Virus record (IMG/VR): IMGVR_UViG_3300019874_000003
Source of the DNA: an uncultured virus (IMG/VR IMGVR_UViG_3300019874_000003)
Taxonomy: Duplodnaviria; Heunggongvirae; Uroviricota; Caudoviricetes
Direction: 5' to 3' (one strand)
Length of the DNA: 64,000 bases
Numbering within the stretch: position 1 is the stretch's first letter; each line of letters begins with the position of its first letter. A model generated the notes under the pieces. It was not told the DNA's origin and did not search any database. It saw nothing but the letters and a program-made list of their open reading frames with translations. The position numbers and the translations under genes are program-made. Below, one piece after another: positions 37,178 through 46,897 of the stretch.

Positions 37178-38605
37178 ATGAAGATCATCGACCCATTCGA
37201 CTTCGGCGTGCGTGGCGACGGCATCACCGATGACCGTGCTGCCCTCCAGGCTGCTCTCAACTCCGCTGTGGCTGGCGACGTCGTCCGTCTGACCAAGGGT
37301 AACGTCCGGGCTGATGGACCCTATCTGTTGGGTAACTTCGACGGGAGCTCGTGCCTCAACATCCCGGCTGGCGTCGCATTCAGCGGCACTGGCGGTGAGC
37401 AGGCACGCCTCCTCGCTGCCCCCGGGATCCCCGGCGGTGTCCGCATCATCGACATCAACGCCCCGGACGTGACGGTCTCAGACCTGATTCTGGATGGCAA
37501 CGCGGCAAACCAGCCGACGCCAACGGAGCACATGCACGGGCTGATGACGCGCGGTGCTCGTACGATCCTGAGCGGCGTCGTAGCCACTGGGTGCTGCGGC
37601 GATGGGTTCTACGCGTACACCGGCGCGTTATCGCTGGCGATCCTCGACTGCATGGCCACGCTCAACGGGCGCCATGGCATCACGCTATCGGGAACCTGGG
37701 ATCACGGCATCATCAAGGACAGCCGCCTGGTCGACAACAAGGTCAACCAGATCCATACCGAGGCGGGGCTGATCAACTATATCGTCATGCTCGGAAACAA
37801 GGCGTCGAAGCACGAAGCCACCGACTACATGGTGACGATTGGCGGCATCAGTTCAGCCCAGCGGTCGATGCATTGGGACATTCTCGAGAACCAGTTCGAC
37901 GGCGGAATCCTGGTCGGGTGGGCCGACGACATCAAGATCTACGACAACAAGAGCAACAACACGAGCGCCCGACCGTGTGTCACCGTGCAGCGGACTTCGA
38001 AGAACATCCGGATCTACCGGAATGACTTCACGATGGAGCAGACGACGGACCAGGCCACCGGCGTCATCGCAGTGACGGGAACCGCCGAGGGCGGTCCCGA
38101 GCGCGTCATCATCGAGGACAACCAACTGACCGCGCTCGGCCACCCGCATTCATTCGGGGTGCGGGTGGAGGGTGCCGTATCGGTGCAGGTGATGAACAAC
38201 CGCATCGACGGGCCGGGGATCAACGTGGCGCCAACAGCCACCGATCACGGGTCCCGGGGCAGCGCCGGTGTGTACGCTCGAGCAACGAGCCCAGATCGCA
38301 AGTTCTCCTCGATGATCATCCTCAACAACCACATCCGCGACTTTGGTCAGTTCGGTGTCTCGATCATGGGCAACGGCGCCGCCGAGATGACCCGCCTCGA
38401 CGTCATAGGCAACGTGTTCGACGATGGCGCCGCCGGCACGATGATGACCGGGATCTCGCTGGACCCGTGCATCATGGATCTGACCATCGGCAACAACGTG
38501 CTGTCGGGTGCGTGCATACGGGAGAGCCCCCCGGATCCCTCGATGCAGCCGGGCAACGAGGTTCCACCGCGGACGTTCTCGCCGCATCGGTGGATCCGGT
38601 CCTGA
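37178..38605 (+). CDS. Right-handed parallel beta-helix protein (pectate-lyase/depolymerase-like)
   Basis: DFGVRGDGITDDRAALQAALN N-terminal signature and repeated I.dN strands. Confidence 0.85.
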   Translation: MKIIDPFDFGVRGDGITDDRAALQAALNSAVAGDVVRLTKGNVRADGPYLLGNFDGSSCLNIPAGVAFSGTGGEQARLLAAPGIPGGVRIIDINAPDVTVSDLILDGNAANQPTPTEHMHGLMTRGARTILSGVVATGCCGDGFYAYTGALSLAILDCMATLNGRHGITLSGTWDHGIIKDSRLVDNKVNQIHTEAGLINYIVMLGNKASKHEATDYMVTIGGISSAQRSMHWDILENQFDGGILVGWADDIKIYDNKSNNTSARPCVTVQRTSKNIRIYRNDFTMEQTTDQATGVIAVTGTAEGGPERVIIEDNQLTALGHPHSFGVRVEGAVSVQVMNNRIDGPGINVAPTATDHGSRGSAGVYARATSPDRKFSSMIILNNHIRDFGQFGVSIMGNGAAEMTRLDVIGNVFDDGAAGTMMTGISLDPCIMDLTIGNNVLSGACIRESPPDPSMQPGNEVPPRTFSPHRWIRS

Positions 38606-39223
38606 TGGACGACGAGCCGGATACCTTCGAGGTCTGCTTTGATGATGCGGTCAACGTGCGATGCCAGTCCAGGTACACCACCCACCCAGGCCTCCTGGTT
38701 GGTGACTGGTACATCGTGCACAATGTCGGAGCGTCTAGTATGGGTATGGTCATATCTATGACGACGTGGCCGGACAACAGGCGGTTCTCCGTCGGCCATC
38801 AGGACACAGGGCTTGCCATAGTGTTCGGGATAGAGTTCCGGGAGGCGCAGAGGATCGCGCGGGCACTCGTCGACGCCTGCCTGGACATCGAACAGGAGTT
38901 GGCAGATCCGGATCCGGACATCAAATATATCATCGACGCCATCATCGGATCTGCCCTCATGGACCACTACGTGTTCCCGATCGCCGGGTGGTCTGTATGA
39001 CCCTCTACAACGAGATCGACCCATTCGCCGCCACCTGGCTGGAGAACCTCGCCGCCCATGACCAGATCGCGCCCGGAATCGTCAACCGTCGCTCTATCGC
39101 CGACCTCACCCCAGCAGATGTTGCTGGACATGGCCAGTGCCACTTCTTCGCTGGCATCGGAGGCTGGTCCCTCGCGCTCCGCCGAGCTGGAATCAGCGAT
39201 GACGCCACCGTCTGGACTGGGTC

Positions 39224-40135
39224 ATGTCCCTGCCAGCCGTTCTCGGACGCGGGCGCGGGGGGGCGGAACGAGCGACCCTCGACATCTTTGGCCAGCATGG
39301 TTCGCACTCATCGAGCAGTGTCGCCCTCCAGTCATCTTTGGAGAGCAAGTTGCGAGCGCGGATGGCCTCGCGTGGCTCGACCTTGTTCACGCTGACCTGG
39401 AACGATGCGGTTACGCCGTCGGGGCGGCGGATCTGTGCGCTGCGGGCGTCGGTGCGCCACACCAGCGGCAACGCCTGTACTTCGTGGCCCACGCCAGTGG
39501 TCAGCAGGGGCGACTACAGCTACGCCCGCGGGGACCACGAGGCGCCGACGCTCAAGCTGAGCGGGGCGGCGAAGACAGCATCGTGGCCAACGCCACTGGC
39601 GGGCGGCGGCGGGGAACGCGGAGGGAGCGAGGCACACATGGACGGCCGCCGGTCGAACTTGATGGACACCGTGATGACAGCGTCATGGCCGACCCCGGTG
39701 GCTCGGGACCACAAGACGGGCGGGATGGACGGCCAACTATCGACCGTAGCGCCGATGTCGGCGTGGTCGACGCCGATCGCGAGCAACGCCAACGGGGCGC
39801 GCGAGTACGACGGGAAACGCGGGGTAGGCCTCAACTCGGAGGTCAAGACAGCGTCGTGGAACACCCCCGCAGCGCACGAGGCCGGCGGGACGCCAGATCA
39901 GTTCATGGCTCGCAAAGCCAAGGCCAAGGCCAAGGGAGCGAATCTCGGCGTGTCGCTAACATCACTGTCGATGCAGGCGCAACTCGCGGACCCTGGGCCG
40001 ATGCCGACTGGATCCTCTGTCGAGACCCCGCCGGTGGACCGCCCGTCGCCCGGCCAGTTGAACCCGGAACACTCAAGATGGTTAATGGGGTTCCCGGCGT
40101 GCTGGAGCACGTTCGCCCCAACGAAAAAGAAGTGA
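39224..40135 (+). CDS. Alternate-frame methyltransferase beta chain (WPTP repeats plus motif IX); true start uncertain
   Basis: Five W[PSN]TP repeats and GQLNPEHSRWLMGFP; entirely overlaps the alpha frame. Confidence 0.7.
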   Translation: MSLPAVLGRGRGGAERATLDIFGQHGSHSSSSVALQSSLESKLRARMASRGSTLFTLTWNDAVTPSGRRICALRASVRHTSGNACTSWPTPVVSRGDYSYARGDHEAPTLKLSGAAKTASWPTPLAGGGGERGGSEAHMDGRRSNLMDTVMTASWPTPVARDHKTGGMDGQLSTVAPMSAWSTPIASNANGAREYDGKRGVGLNSEVKTASWNTPAAHEAGGTPDQFMARKAKAKAKGANLGVSLTSLSMQAQLADPGPMPTGSSVETPPVDRPSPGQLNPEHSRWLMGFPACWSTFAPTKKK

Positions 40136-40594
40136 ATGTCGCGATGCAAGAAATGCCAGGCCGAGATCGTGGACTACACGACGACGCGACAGCGTGTGTT
40201 TTGCAACAGGGTATGCATGGCGTCTTGGATGGAGGGGCGCACGAGGGTCATAAACCCCAAGAATGGCCGTCGGCAATCCGCGAAGACGGCGAGGCCGGCA
40301 TGCGAGTTATGCGACAAGGCGTCGACCAGGCTAGCAGTCCACCATATCGACGAGGATGCCACCAACAACACGCCATCAAACCTGATGACGTTGTGCGGCT
40401 CCTGTCATCGTCGTTCTCACTCGCGAAACTTCGACGCGACGACAGGACAACGGAAGCCATGCAAGTACTGCTCGAAGCCTGCGGAGAAATGCGGCTTGTG
40501 CAACACCCACCTCTCAAGGCTGAGGAGGCATGGAGATCCATCAGCGAAGAAATACAAGACCAAATCCGGCTGGGTCTTGGGGCATTCATCATAG
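40136..40594 (+). CDS. HNH endonuclease nested in the methyltransferase gene
   Basis: CELC...LAVHHIDEDATNNTPSNLMTLCGSCHRRSH, with flanking Zn-finger-like motifs. Confidence 0.85.
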   Translation: MSRCKKCQAEIVDYTTTRQRVFCNRVCMASWMEGRTRVINPKNGRRQSAKTARPACELCDKASTRLAVHHIDEDATNNTPSNLMTLCGSCHRRSHSRNFDATTGQRKPCKYCSKPAEKCGLCNTHLSRLRRHGDPSAKKYKTKSGWVLGHSS

Positions 40595-40785
40595 AGCCGA
40601 CATTCCCGCTGGCTCATGGGGTTCCCGGCCGGGTGGGGCTCCTACGCGGTTACGGGAACGCGATCAACATCGAGGTAGCCGTGCAGTTCATCCTGGCCTC
40701 ACTCGAAGCGATCTCTTCATGACTTGCCAGTGGCAAGGGTTGCGTGCATGATGACCACCATGAGTTATGAGACTTCAACGATTGC

Positions 40786-40902
40786 GGTCGCAGTGCTGAC
40801 GTAAGCGCGCGACCTGGCAATGGCGGTAGCCCGCGAGGTGAGCACCCCTCGGCTCACCGACGCACAGCCCTGGAGGTACCACCCGATCTCCGGGGCCCGC
40901 CA
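40786..40902 (+). ncRNA. Putative structured leader RNA upstream of the ParB-like gene
   Basis: Stems GGTCGC/GCGACC, and TGGCGG/CCGCCA enclosing GGTGAGC/GCTCACC and GCCCTGGAG/CTCCGGGGC. Confidence 0.35.
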
Positions 40903-40937
40903 CTTTTCACCCTGCACGTACCACGAAGGAGACTGAG

Positions 40938-42179
40938 ATGCGCCAGTTCGAAGATGAAGACGAGATCGAAGACGACCAGGTCATCGCGGATGATCCGAAC
41001 GAGGAACCGAACAACGACGAGGTCAAAGACGACGAGGACGACCTCGACGTCACCGAGGACATCACCATCGTCGGCGTCGACGAGACTGGCGACGCGACCA
41101 CGGCCGATGACGAAGCGGAGGTCATCGAAGCGGAGCCTGACGGATCGGATCTGGTCACGCGCACGACGCGCTGGGTTCCGCTGGGCGAGCTCCGGCTCGA
41201 GTTCGGATGCTGGACGAACCCACGCGAGTTCACCGGGCTCAGCGCAGACGACATCGACATCCTCGCGGCGAGCATCCATTCGCGGACCGCGCAGATCGAC
41301 GAAGCGACCTACGCCGGGATTAAGGATCCGCTCGAAGTCGTGCGGATCCTGGCCAACGGCAGCGTCATCAACCTCGTCATCGACGGCCAGCGGCGCCACA
41401 AGGCCGCCACCAAGGCGTATCGGGGCGACGAATCTGTCCTGATCCCGGTGGTGGATCTCGAAGATGAGCCCATCGAGAAGCTCACGCCAGCGCACGCGAA
41501 CAAGTACCTGCGGACCGCGCTCGAAATGGTTGGCACCCGGTCTGGGCTCAGCTCCTATGAGCTCTCCGAGAGCGCGCAGAAGCTGCGCGGGACCATGGAC
41601 GAGAACACCTCGAAGGAATTCACGCTTGCCGCGATCGCGACGATCGTCGGGCGTAGCGAGTCCTGGGTCTCGAAGATCCTGAAGGCCAGGGGGGATGCCA
41701 AGCCGGCACTCCTGAGCCAGTGGAAGAAGGGCGAGATCACGGACGAGCAGTTCAAGGATCTGGCCAGCGTCAAGACGCCGGCCGCGCAGGCCAAGGCCGC
41801 GGAGGCCGTCGTCGAGGCGCGCAAGGCCGGCGACAAAGCGGCGTCTCGGACGATCGCCAAGGAGCAGAAGGAGATCGTCAAGGCTAAGGCCGCAAGGACG
41901 CCCAAGGCCGCGAGGGGACCGGTGGTCAAGGGCGAGCAGGAGGAGATTCCGCTCGCGCCGCCCCGGAAGTCGGTCCCGTTCCCGGTCGTGGAAGATCTTC
42001 TCGACCAGAGCAAGAAGCACCCGCCCACCCACGACTACGTCAAGGGCATCATGGATGGCGTGCGCTACGCAAACGGCCTCATGGACCCGGCGAAGTTCGC
42101 CGGGCCATGGCACACGTACCTCGACCACGTTGGCGGCAAATCCGCCGCGTTGAAGAAGAGGGGCGGCAAGAAGAAGTAG
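40938..42179 (+). CDS. ParB/Srx-like protein with HTH
   Basis: NPRE...LAASI...GIKDPLEV...VIDGQRRHKA; IATIVGRSESWVSKIL HTH; acidic N-terminus and basic C-terminus. Confidence 0.85.
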   Translation: MRQFEDEDEIEDDQVIADDPNEEPNNDEVKDDEDDLDVTEDITIVGVDETGDATTADDEAEVIEAEPDGSDLVTRTTRWVPLGELRLEFGCWTNPREFTGLSADDIDILAASIHSRTAQIDEATYAGIKDPLEVVRILANGSVINLVIDGQRRHKAATKAYRGDESVLIPVVDLEDEPIEKLTPAHANKYLRTALEMVGTRSGLSSYELSESAQKLRGTMDENTSKEFTLAAIATIVGRSESWVSKILKARGDAKPALLSQWKKGEITDEQFKDLASVKTPAAQAKAAEAVVEARKAGDKAASRTIAKEQKEIVKAKAARTPKAARGPVVKGEQEEIPLAPPRKSVPFPVVEDLLDQSKKHPPTHDYVKGIMDGVRYANGLMDPAKFAGPWHTYLDHVGGKSAALKKRGGKKK

Positions 42180-42660
42180 CCATGGCTGACGTCGGCAGAC
42201 TGCTGTGCGAGGTGTTCACGGACACCGAACTGTCCCTGCTCGTGGACTCCGTGCACCAGGTCCATGCTCCCGAGAGCGACTTCCGCGCGTGGGCTCCGTG
42301 CGCGGATAGCGTCATCCACAAACTCGGACTTGCGACCGAGGTCGTCGCCGCGCGCAAGAGGAAGAACGTCGAACTCGTTGCGTCGCTATCCGACGAGGAG
42401 CGAGATTTCATTCTCGATCACCGGAACCGGGTCAAGTAGTTTTGGCATCTGTCGTAGGCTGTACGACGCTCGTGTCTCATTCCTCCACGAGCGTGCGATT
42501 GGATACCCAAGGGTGGTTCCAGGACGGAACAGCGACCGTCAGACCAGTGAGGCCACCCTGCCGACCAGATGCCACTTTCTCTGAGTCAGCACGGCTACTT
42601 TATCGCCGTGACCGTTCGCTGAGCTGGACAATGATCGTCCAGCCGGGTGATGCTGCAGCC

Positions 42661-42984
42661 ATGGGCGCAATCAAGGATCTCTGGCAGAGCGAGCGCGGTC
42701 TGGTCGCGATCGGACTTCTCATCGCTTCCACGGTGCTCTGCGGCACCCACATCATCACCGCCGACCAGTGGGTCAGCTACACCCAGTGGGTGTGGATCAG
42801 CTACGCCGCCGCGAAGACGATCACCGGCGCCGCCGCGATGCTGACCTCCCAGTCCAACACCGCGGCAGTTCCCGAGTTAGTGCCCACCGCTGTTCCGGCT
42901 CCACCGCAGGTCGTCGCAGCGGTCGCCCAACATCCCATCCCACCGTTTGTGCCGGCCCCGGAATCGGCCGTGCTCCATACCTAG
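42661..42984 (+). CDS. Two-TM holin-like protein
   Basis: SERGLVAIGLLIASTVL...QWVSYTQWVWISYAAAK. Confidence 0.5.
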   Translation: MGAIKDLWQSERGLVAIGLLIASTVLCGTHIITADQWVSYTQWVWISYAAAKTITGAAAMLTSQSNTAAVPELVPTAVPAPPQVVAAVAQHPIPPFVPAPESAVLHT

Positions 42985-43007
42985 CCACCTGCCAAGGAGT
43001 CCTGAAC

Positions 43008-43400
43008 GTGCGCCATCGCTCTCCGCTACCTTCTGTCTTCGCCACGCTCGTCTGCGTGGCCCTCATGGGCTGCTTGCTGCAGTCCGCCTGCACCAAGAGT
43101 CAGCGCGTCGACACGCTGCACGCCTCGCTGGTGAGCCTCAACGCCGCACGGGATGGCTTCACCTCCTGGGACCGTGAGCACCAGCAGCAGATCGTCGACC
43201 AGGCCACCAACCGCGATGACGCTGTCAAGGCCCTCGAGTCCTACCGCGATCGACGCAAGCCAGTCGCCGAGAGCTTCGAGGTCGCCTATCGCGCGCTCGC
43301 GCTGGCTGCCACCCAGACCGACGATCCCAGCCTCAACGCCGCCCTCGCTTCGTCCCGTGATCTCGTCGATGCCGTCAAGGCGTTGATCGGAGGCAAGTGA
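43008..43400 (+). CDS. Putative lipoprotein (possible lysis accessory)
   Basis: Signal-like N-terminus ending QSA|C; helical body. Confidence 0.5.
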   Translation: MRHRSPLPSVFATLVCVALMGCLLQSACTKSQRVDTLHASLVSLNAARDGFTSWDREHQQQIVDQATNRDDAVKALESYRDRRKPVAESFEVAYRALALAATQTDDPSLNAALASSRDLVDAVKALIGGK

Positions 43401-43714
43401 ACATGCCGACCACCAGCGACATCAAGCGCTACCTCGCCGCCGCCGGCCATGGCCTGTCCACCCTGGACGTCATCGCCCAGGCGGCCACCGCGTTCCTCGG
43501 TGCTGGCAACGACAAGACGGTCGGCGGCGCCGAGACGCTCCTGCATGCCGTTCTGGCCGCGATCAAGTCGGTCCAGGCTGGCATCGACGGTACAGTGTCG
43601 CTCGAGACCGTCGAGCAGAGCCTGGCCGAGTTCAAGGGCACGCTCCTGGGCAACGACGCGTCTGCGCAGAGCGCGCTCGACGCGAAGTTCCCGACCGGTC
43701 CGATCCCGACCTGA
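43397..43714 (+). CDS. Hypothetical amphipathic helical protein
   Basis: Coupled to the upstream gene. Confidence 0.5.
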   Translation: MNMPTTSDIKRYLAAAGHGLSTLDVIAQAATAFLGAGNDKTVGGAETLLHAVLAAIKSVQAGIDGTVSLETVEQSLAEFKGTLLGNDASAQSALDAKFPTGPIPT

Positions 43715-43752
43715 GCACGTCCGCTCGACGCCCCTGAGATCGAGATCTCCCC

Positions 43753-44340
43753 ATGCCGAATCCGGCACCAAAGCGCGCTCAGCGCTGCGCATTCAAGGAG
43801 GGTGGCCGCCGATGCCCACGTAACGGGCACGGATCTCCGCCGCTCTGCCGGCCTCATCAACTCGCCATGATGGAGGCTGCGCGTCCGCGTAGCCCGGTCG
43901 ACGTGATCGCCGAGAGCTTCGTGAACTTCCTCTCCGGTAAGCCCATCAACCGCGAGGCGACCATCGGCGCGGCGGAGAGCCTCTACAACCAGTGGAGCGG
44001 AATCGGCGCTGATTATCGTCCGGACGTCCGCGACGGAGAGAGCGAGTCGTCCGCGCATCGCCGCGCCGCCAACGGCCAGCAGCGCCAGTCCTGGGCCGAC
44101 GCGTTCGGTAACGCTCGCCAGGCCAGACCGCAGGTGGACCCCGAGGAGGAAGCTCGGCACCGAGCTCAGCTTGCCGCGCGCCAGGTTATGGGGTTCGCTG
44201 CGACGCAGAAGCTCACCGAGGACGACATCAAGGATCGGAAGCGAACGCTCGCCAAGAAGCATCACCCCGACCTCGGGGGATCTGCCCAGAAGATGGCCGC
44301 AGTGAATGATGCTGCGGACGTGCTGATGGCGTCGCTGTAG
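43753..44340 (+). CDS. Protein with C-terminal J-domain and N-terminal C3H motif
   Basis: IKDRKRTLAKKHHPDLGGSAQKMAAVNDAADVL (HPD motif). Confidence 0.8.
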   Translation: MPNPAPKRAQRCAFKEGGRRCPRNGHGSPPLCRPHQLAMMEAARPRSPVDVIAESFVNFLSGKPINREATIGAAESLYNQWSGIGADYRPDVRDGESESSAHRRAANGQQRQSWADAFGNARQARPQVDPEEEARHRAQLAARQVMGFAATQKLTEDDIKDRKRTLAKKHHPDLGGSAQKMAAVNDAADVLMASL

Positions 44341-44400
44341 AGGGGGGTCCATCTCGAAGGCCAGTTATCCCGCAGCATCGTGCTGTGATACCCTGGCTGG

Positions 44401-45138
44401 GTGGCCGATCCCGCATTCGACGCTGATGTAGCCCGCGCCGCGCAGATCTACGACCAACTCGGGCCGTGGATCGATCGCTACCACGGTGGCATCCCGCCTG
44501 GCGTCATAGCCTCCTTCATCCTCCACGAGAGCGGCGGCAACTTCGGAGCTCCCGGCGACACCGGACTCGGGGAGATCGGATACCTCCAGGTCGCCGCGTA
44601 CGTCCCGCCCCTGTTCGGATACCCGCCCGAGGCACGTGCCGACCCGGAGAGCAACATCGCGATCGGTGTGCTCGAGTACGAGCTCGAGTCGGTCTACTGG
44701 ATGTTCGCATTTCCCGATGAAGTTGTCCTCGGGACCGCCGACTCATGGAAGCTCGCGCGTCTCGCGTTCGCGGTCGGTCGCGCCGGATCTCACCAGCTTG
44801 CCACCAACGCGAGCTCGTCGGTCGGCCTCAACTCGGGTGCGGTCTACGCTAGCATCGTCGCCTACGTGCTCGCTACCGGCGCGATCCCGCTCGGCTCGCA
44901 GTCGGCCGACAAGGTCAGGGCGCGGGTGCTCGACATCGACCGGCAGTGGGCCATCGGCCAGGAGGTCGCCGGCGGCGCCTCCGGTCCGCCCATGATCATC
45001 CCGGATCCTCCGGCCGGACCCTACACCATCCCACCGGATGCCGCTGACTACTTCGTCCAGCCGCTCTCTGGTGGTACGATGCTCATCATCGGCGGCCTTG
45101 CCTTCGCGTTCTATCTGCTCTGGAGTCGACGCAAATGA
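44401..45138 (+). CDS. Lytic transglycosylase/lysozyme-like protein with C-terminal membrane anchor
   Basis: ILHESGGN...EIGYLQV...DPESNIAIG; TM plus RRK. Confidence 0.7.
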   Translation: MADPAFDADVARAAQIYDQLGPWIDRYHGGIPPGVIASFILHESGGNFGAPGDTGLGEIGYLQVAAYVPPLFGYPPEARADPESNIAIGVLEYELESVYWMFAFPDEVVLGTADSWKLARLAFAVGRAGSHQLATNASSSVGLNSGAVYASIVAYVLATGAIPLGSQSADKVRARVLDIDRQWAIGQEVAGGASGPPMIIPDPPAGPYTIPPDAADYFVQPLSGGTMLIIGGLAFAFYLLWSRRK

Positions 45139-45626
45139 AGCTCTTTACACCGCGCCCGCAGGCCCCGCAGCCGTCCAAGATCGGGGCTGTGTCGCTCGAC
45201 CGAACCAAGGCGCAGTCGTCCATGCCATCGGACACGACCGGGACATCGGAAGATCGGATCCGGCTCTCCACATACTTCACGAAGACCATTCCGGCGACCG
45301 ACATCCTGTACACAGGCGATCGAATGTGGGCAAAGGTGACCCTAACACTGGAGACGGCCGGGCCGGTGGCGGTCGGCGACGCCGCTGATCTTTCCCCCGT
45401 GCTTTCCGGGAAAGGTCAGTTGCTCGAGACCAACGTGCCGACGACATTCGACGTCGCCAAGGGCAACAAGCTCTACATCGCCGCCACGTCGATTAATCGG
45501 GTCAAAGTCGAGATCGCGCCGTATCCGTGGCTCGAGACAATCACGGGACTTGCGGCATCGATCGTTAACGCGATCCGCGGCACGGTCTCGACGGCTGGGT
45601 CGACCATCACCGGGTCCAAGCTGTAA
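45135..45626 (+). CDS. Beta-rich putative virion protein
   Basis: Composition and position. Confidence 0.5.
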   Translation: MKLFTPRPQAPQPSKIGAVSLDRTKAQSSMPSDTTGTSEDRIRLSTYFTKTIPATDILYTGDRMWAKVTLTLETAGPVAVGDAADLSPVLSGKGQLLETNVPTTFDVAKGNKLYIAATSINRVKVEIAPYPWLETITGLAASIVNAIRGTVSTAGSTITGSKL

Positions 45627-45650
45627 TCTTGCCACTGTCCAAGGAGCCCC

Positions 45651-46430
45651 ATGGCGTACCCACAACCCAGCGCTGACCAATACTGCCTCAAGGGGTACCA
45701 GTACTTCCGGCTGTTGACGCCGCTGGCGTCCCCCGGAGATATCTACGAGTCGCAGCAATCCTGCCATGCCTGTTGCGTGGGTCCGGAAAGCGATATCGCC
45801 AACGTGGTGGTCCAGTACTTCGATGATCAGGTGGCGAACTTCGTCCAACAGACCACGATCTCGCCCCGGCGAGCGTTCGATGGACGGATCGATGCTCGCA
45901 ACGAGGTCACGTACGCGCCATCTGGGATGCCTGGCCGGATCATGTTCTGGGCCGCGGATCTGTACGACCCCAACTTCAAGCCGACTGGGTTCGTCACCAA
46001 CACGGACCACATGCAATTCATCGTCCCGCAGATGGACGTCATCCAGTACTTCAAGCCGGTCGACGCACTCCCCCAGCGAATCGATAGGCAGTACCTGTTC
46101 CAGAACTACAGCGTCGGAATCACGTACATCGTGGTCCCGTTCTATGGCAGGAAGTACTGCTACGCCGAGATCACGAACCGAACACCGGTGACACCGGCCA
46201 CGATCAAGATCATCGGCGTCAACTACGCGATCACGGATGACTCGAGCACCGGGCTGACAGTTCCGTACCATCAGGAGACCGTCCTCCAGGCCACTGCGTC
46301 GCTCGCCACCGGGGCGCAGTTGACAAAGATTATCACCGCCACGGCAAACGGGACATTCGACGCGCTCGTCTTCGGGGTGAGCGCGGACGGCCCGGCCCCA
46401 CTCAAGATCGTCACGTCCGACGACGAATAG
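45651..46430 (+). CDS. Beta-rich putative virion protein (minor capsid/vertex candidate)
   Basis: MAY start; aromatic, beta-rich, two-domain size. Confidence 0.45.
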   Translation: MAYPQPSADQYCLKGYQYFRLLTPLASPGDIYESQQSCHACCVGPESDIANVVVQYFDDQVANFVQQTTISPRRAFDGRIDARNEVTYAPSGMPGRIMFWAADLYDPNFKPTGFVTNTDHMQFIVPQMDVIQYFKPVDALPQRIDRQYLFQNYSVGITYIVVPFYGRKYCYAEITNRTPVTPATIKIIGVNYAITDDSSTGLTVPYHQETVLQATASLATGAQLTKIITATANGTFDALVFGVSADGPAPLKIVTSDDE

Positions 46431-46437
46431 GACCCCC

Positions 46438-46791
46438 ATGACCCACGCCGTGTCACTACAGGCCGCAGCTGGCCTGGCCTTCGACAACCTCCAGGTGAAG
46501 TGGCTGGGGAACCAGTTGCCGCTCTCGATCGTGCAGTTCGCCTCATCGGTGAAGCCGGTATTTCAGGAGCAGGACGTCAACAGCCATCCAGTGATCAACT
46601 GGAACACCATCCTGTGGTCGCTGGGGAGCCTGATGGTCAACCCGCCGGCGATCGCGCAGCTCGGATTGGCCGCCCAGTACGTGTTCCGCATGTGCTGGAT
46701 GACGAACCAACTCCGGGTCCAAACCCTCATCACAGCGCCGCAGGCGGCATCCGTACTGTCGCTCTACAACCAGTTCCTCGCGGTTCCGTAA
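46438..46791 (+). CDS. Hypothetical protein
   Basis: Natural composition; last gene of the operon. Confidence 0.5.
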   Translation: MTHAVSLQAAAGLAFDNLQVKWLGNQLPLSIVQFASSVKPVFQEQDVNSHPVINWNTILWSLGSLMVNPPAIAQLGLAAQYVFRMCWMTNQLRVQTLITAPQAASVLSLYNQFLAVP

Positions 46792-46897
46792 CGACAGCGC
46801 GGTGTCCTCATACCGCGACCACGGTGTCCGCTAGATCGACGGCAACTCGGCGCCAAAGGCTGAGGCGTCCCCGGTCCCAACTCACCGGCCCGGAGGG

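Larger units (their letters stand above)
38997..40722 (+). pseudogene. C5-cytosine DNA methyltransferase alpha chain, frameshifted at a G7 tract
   Basis: HFFAGIGGW (motif I) and GSCPCQPFS (IV) lie in one frame. RHLWP, FGEQV (VI), GAPHQRQRLYFVA (VIII) and LRGYGNAI (X) lie in the next frame. Deleting one G at 39257-39263 joins them. Confidence 0.85.
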
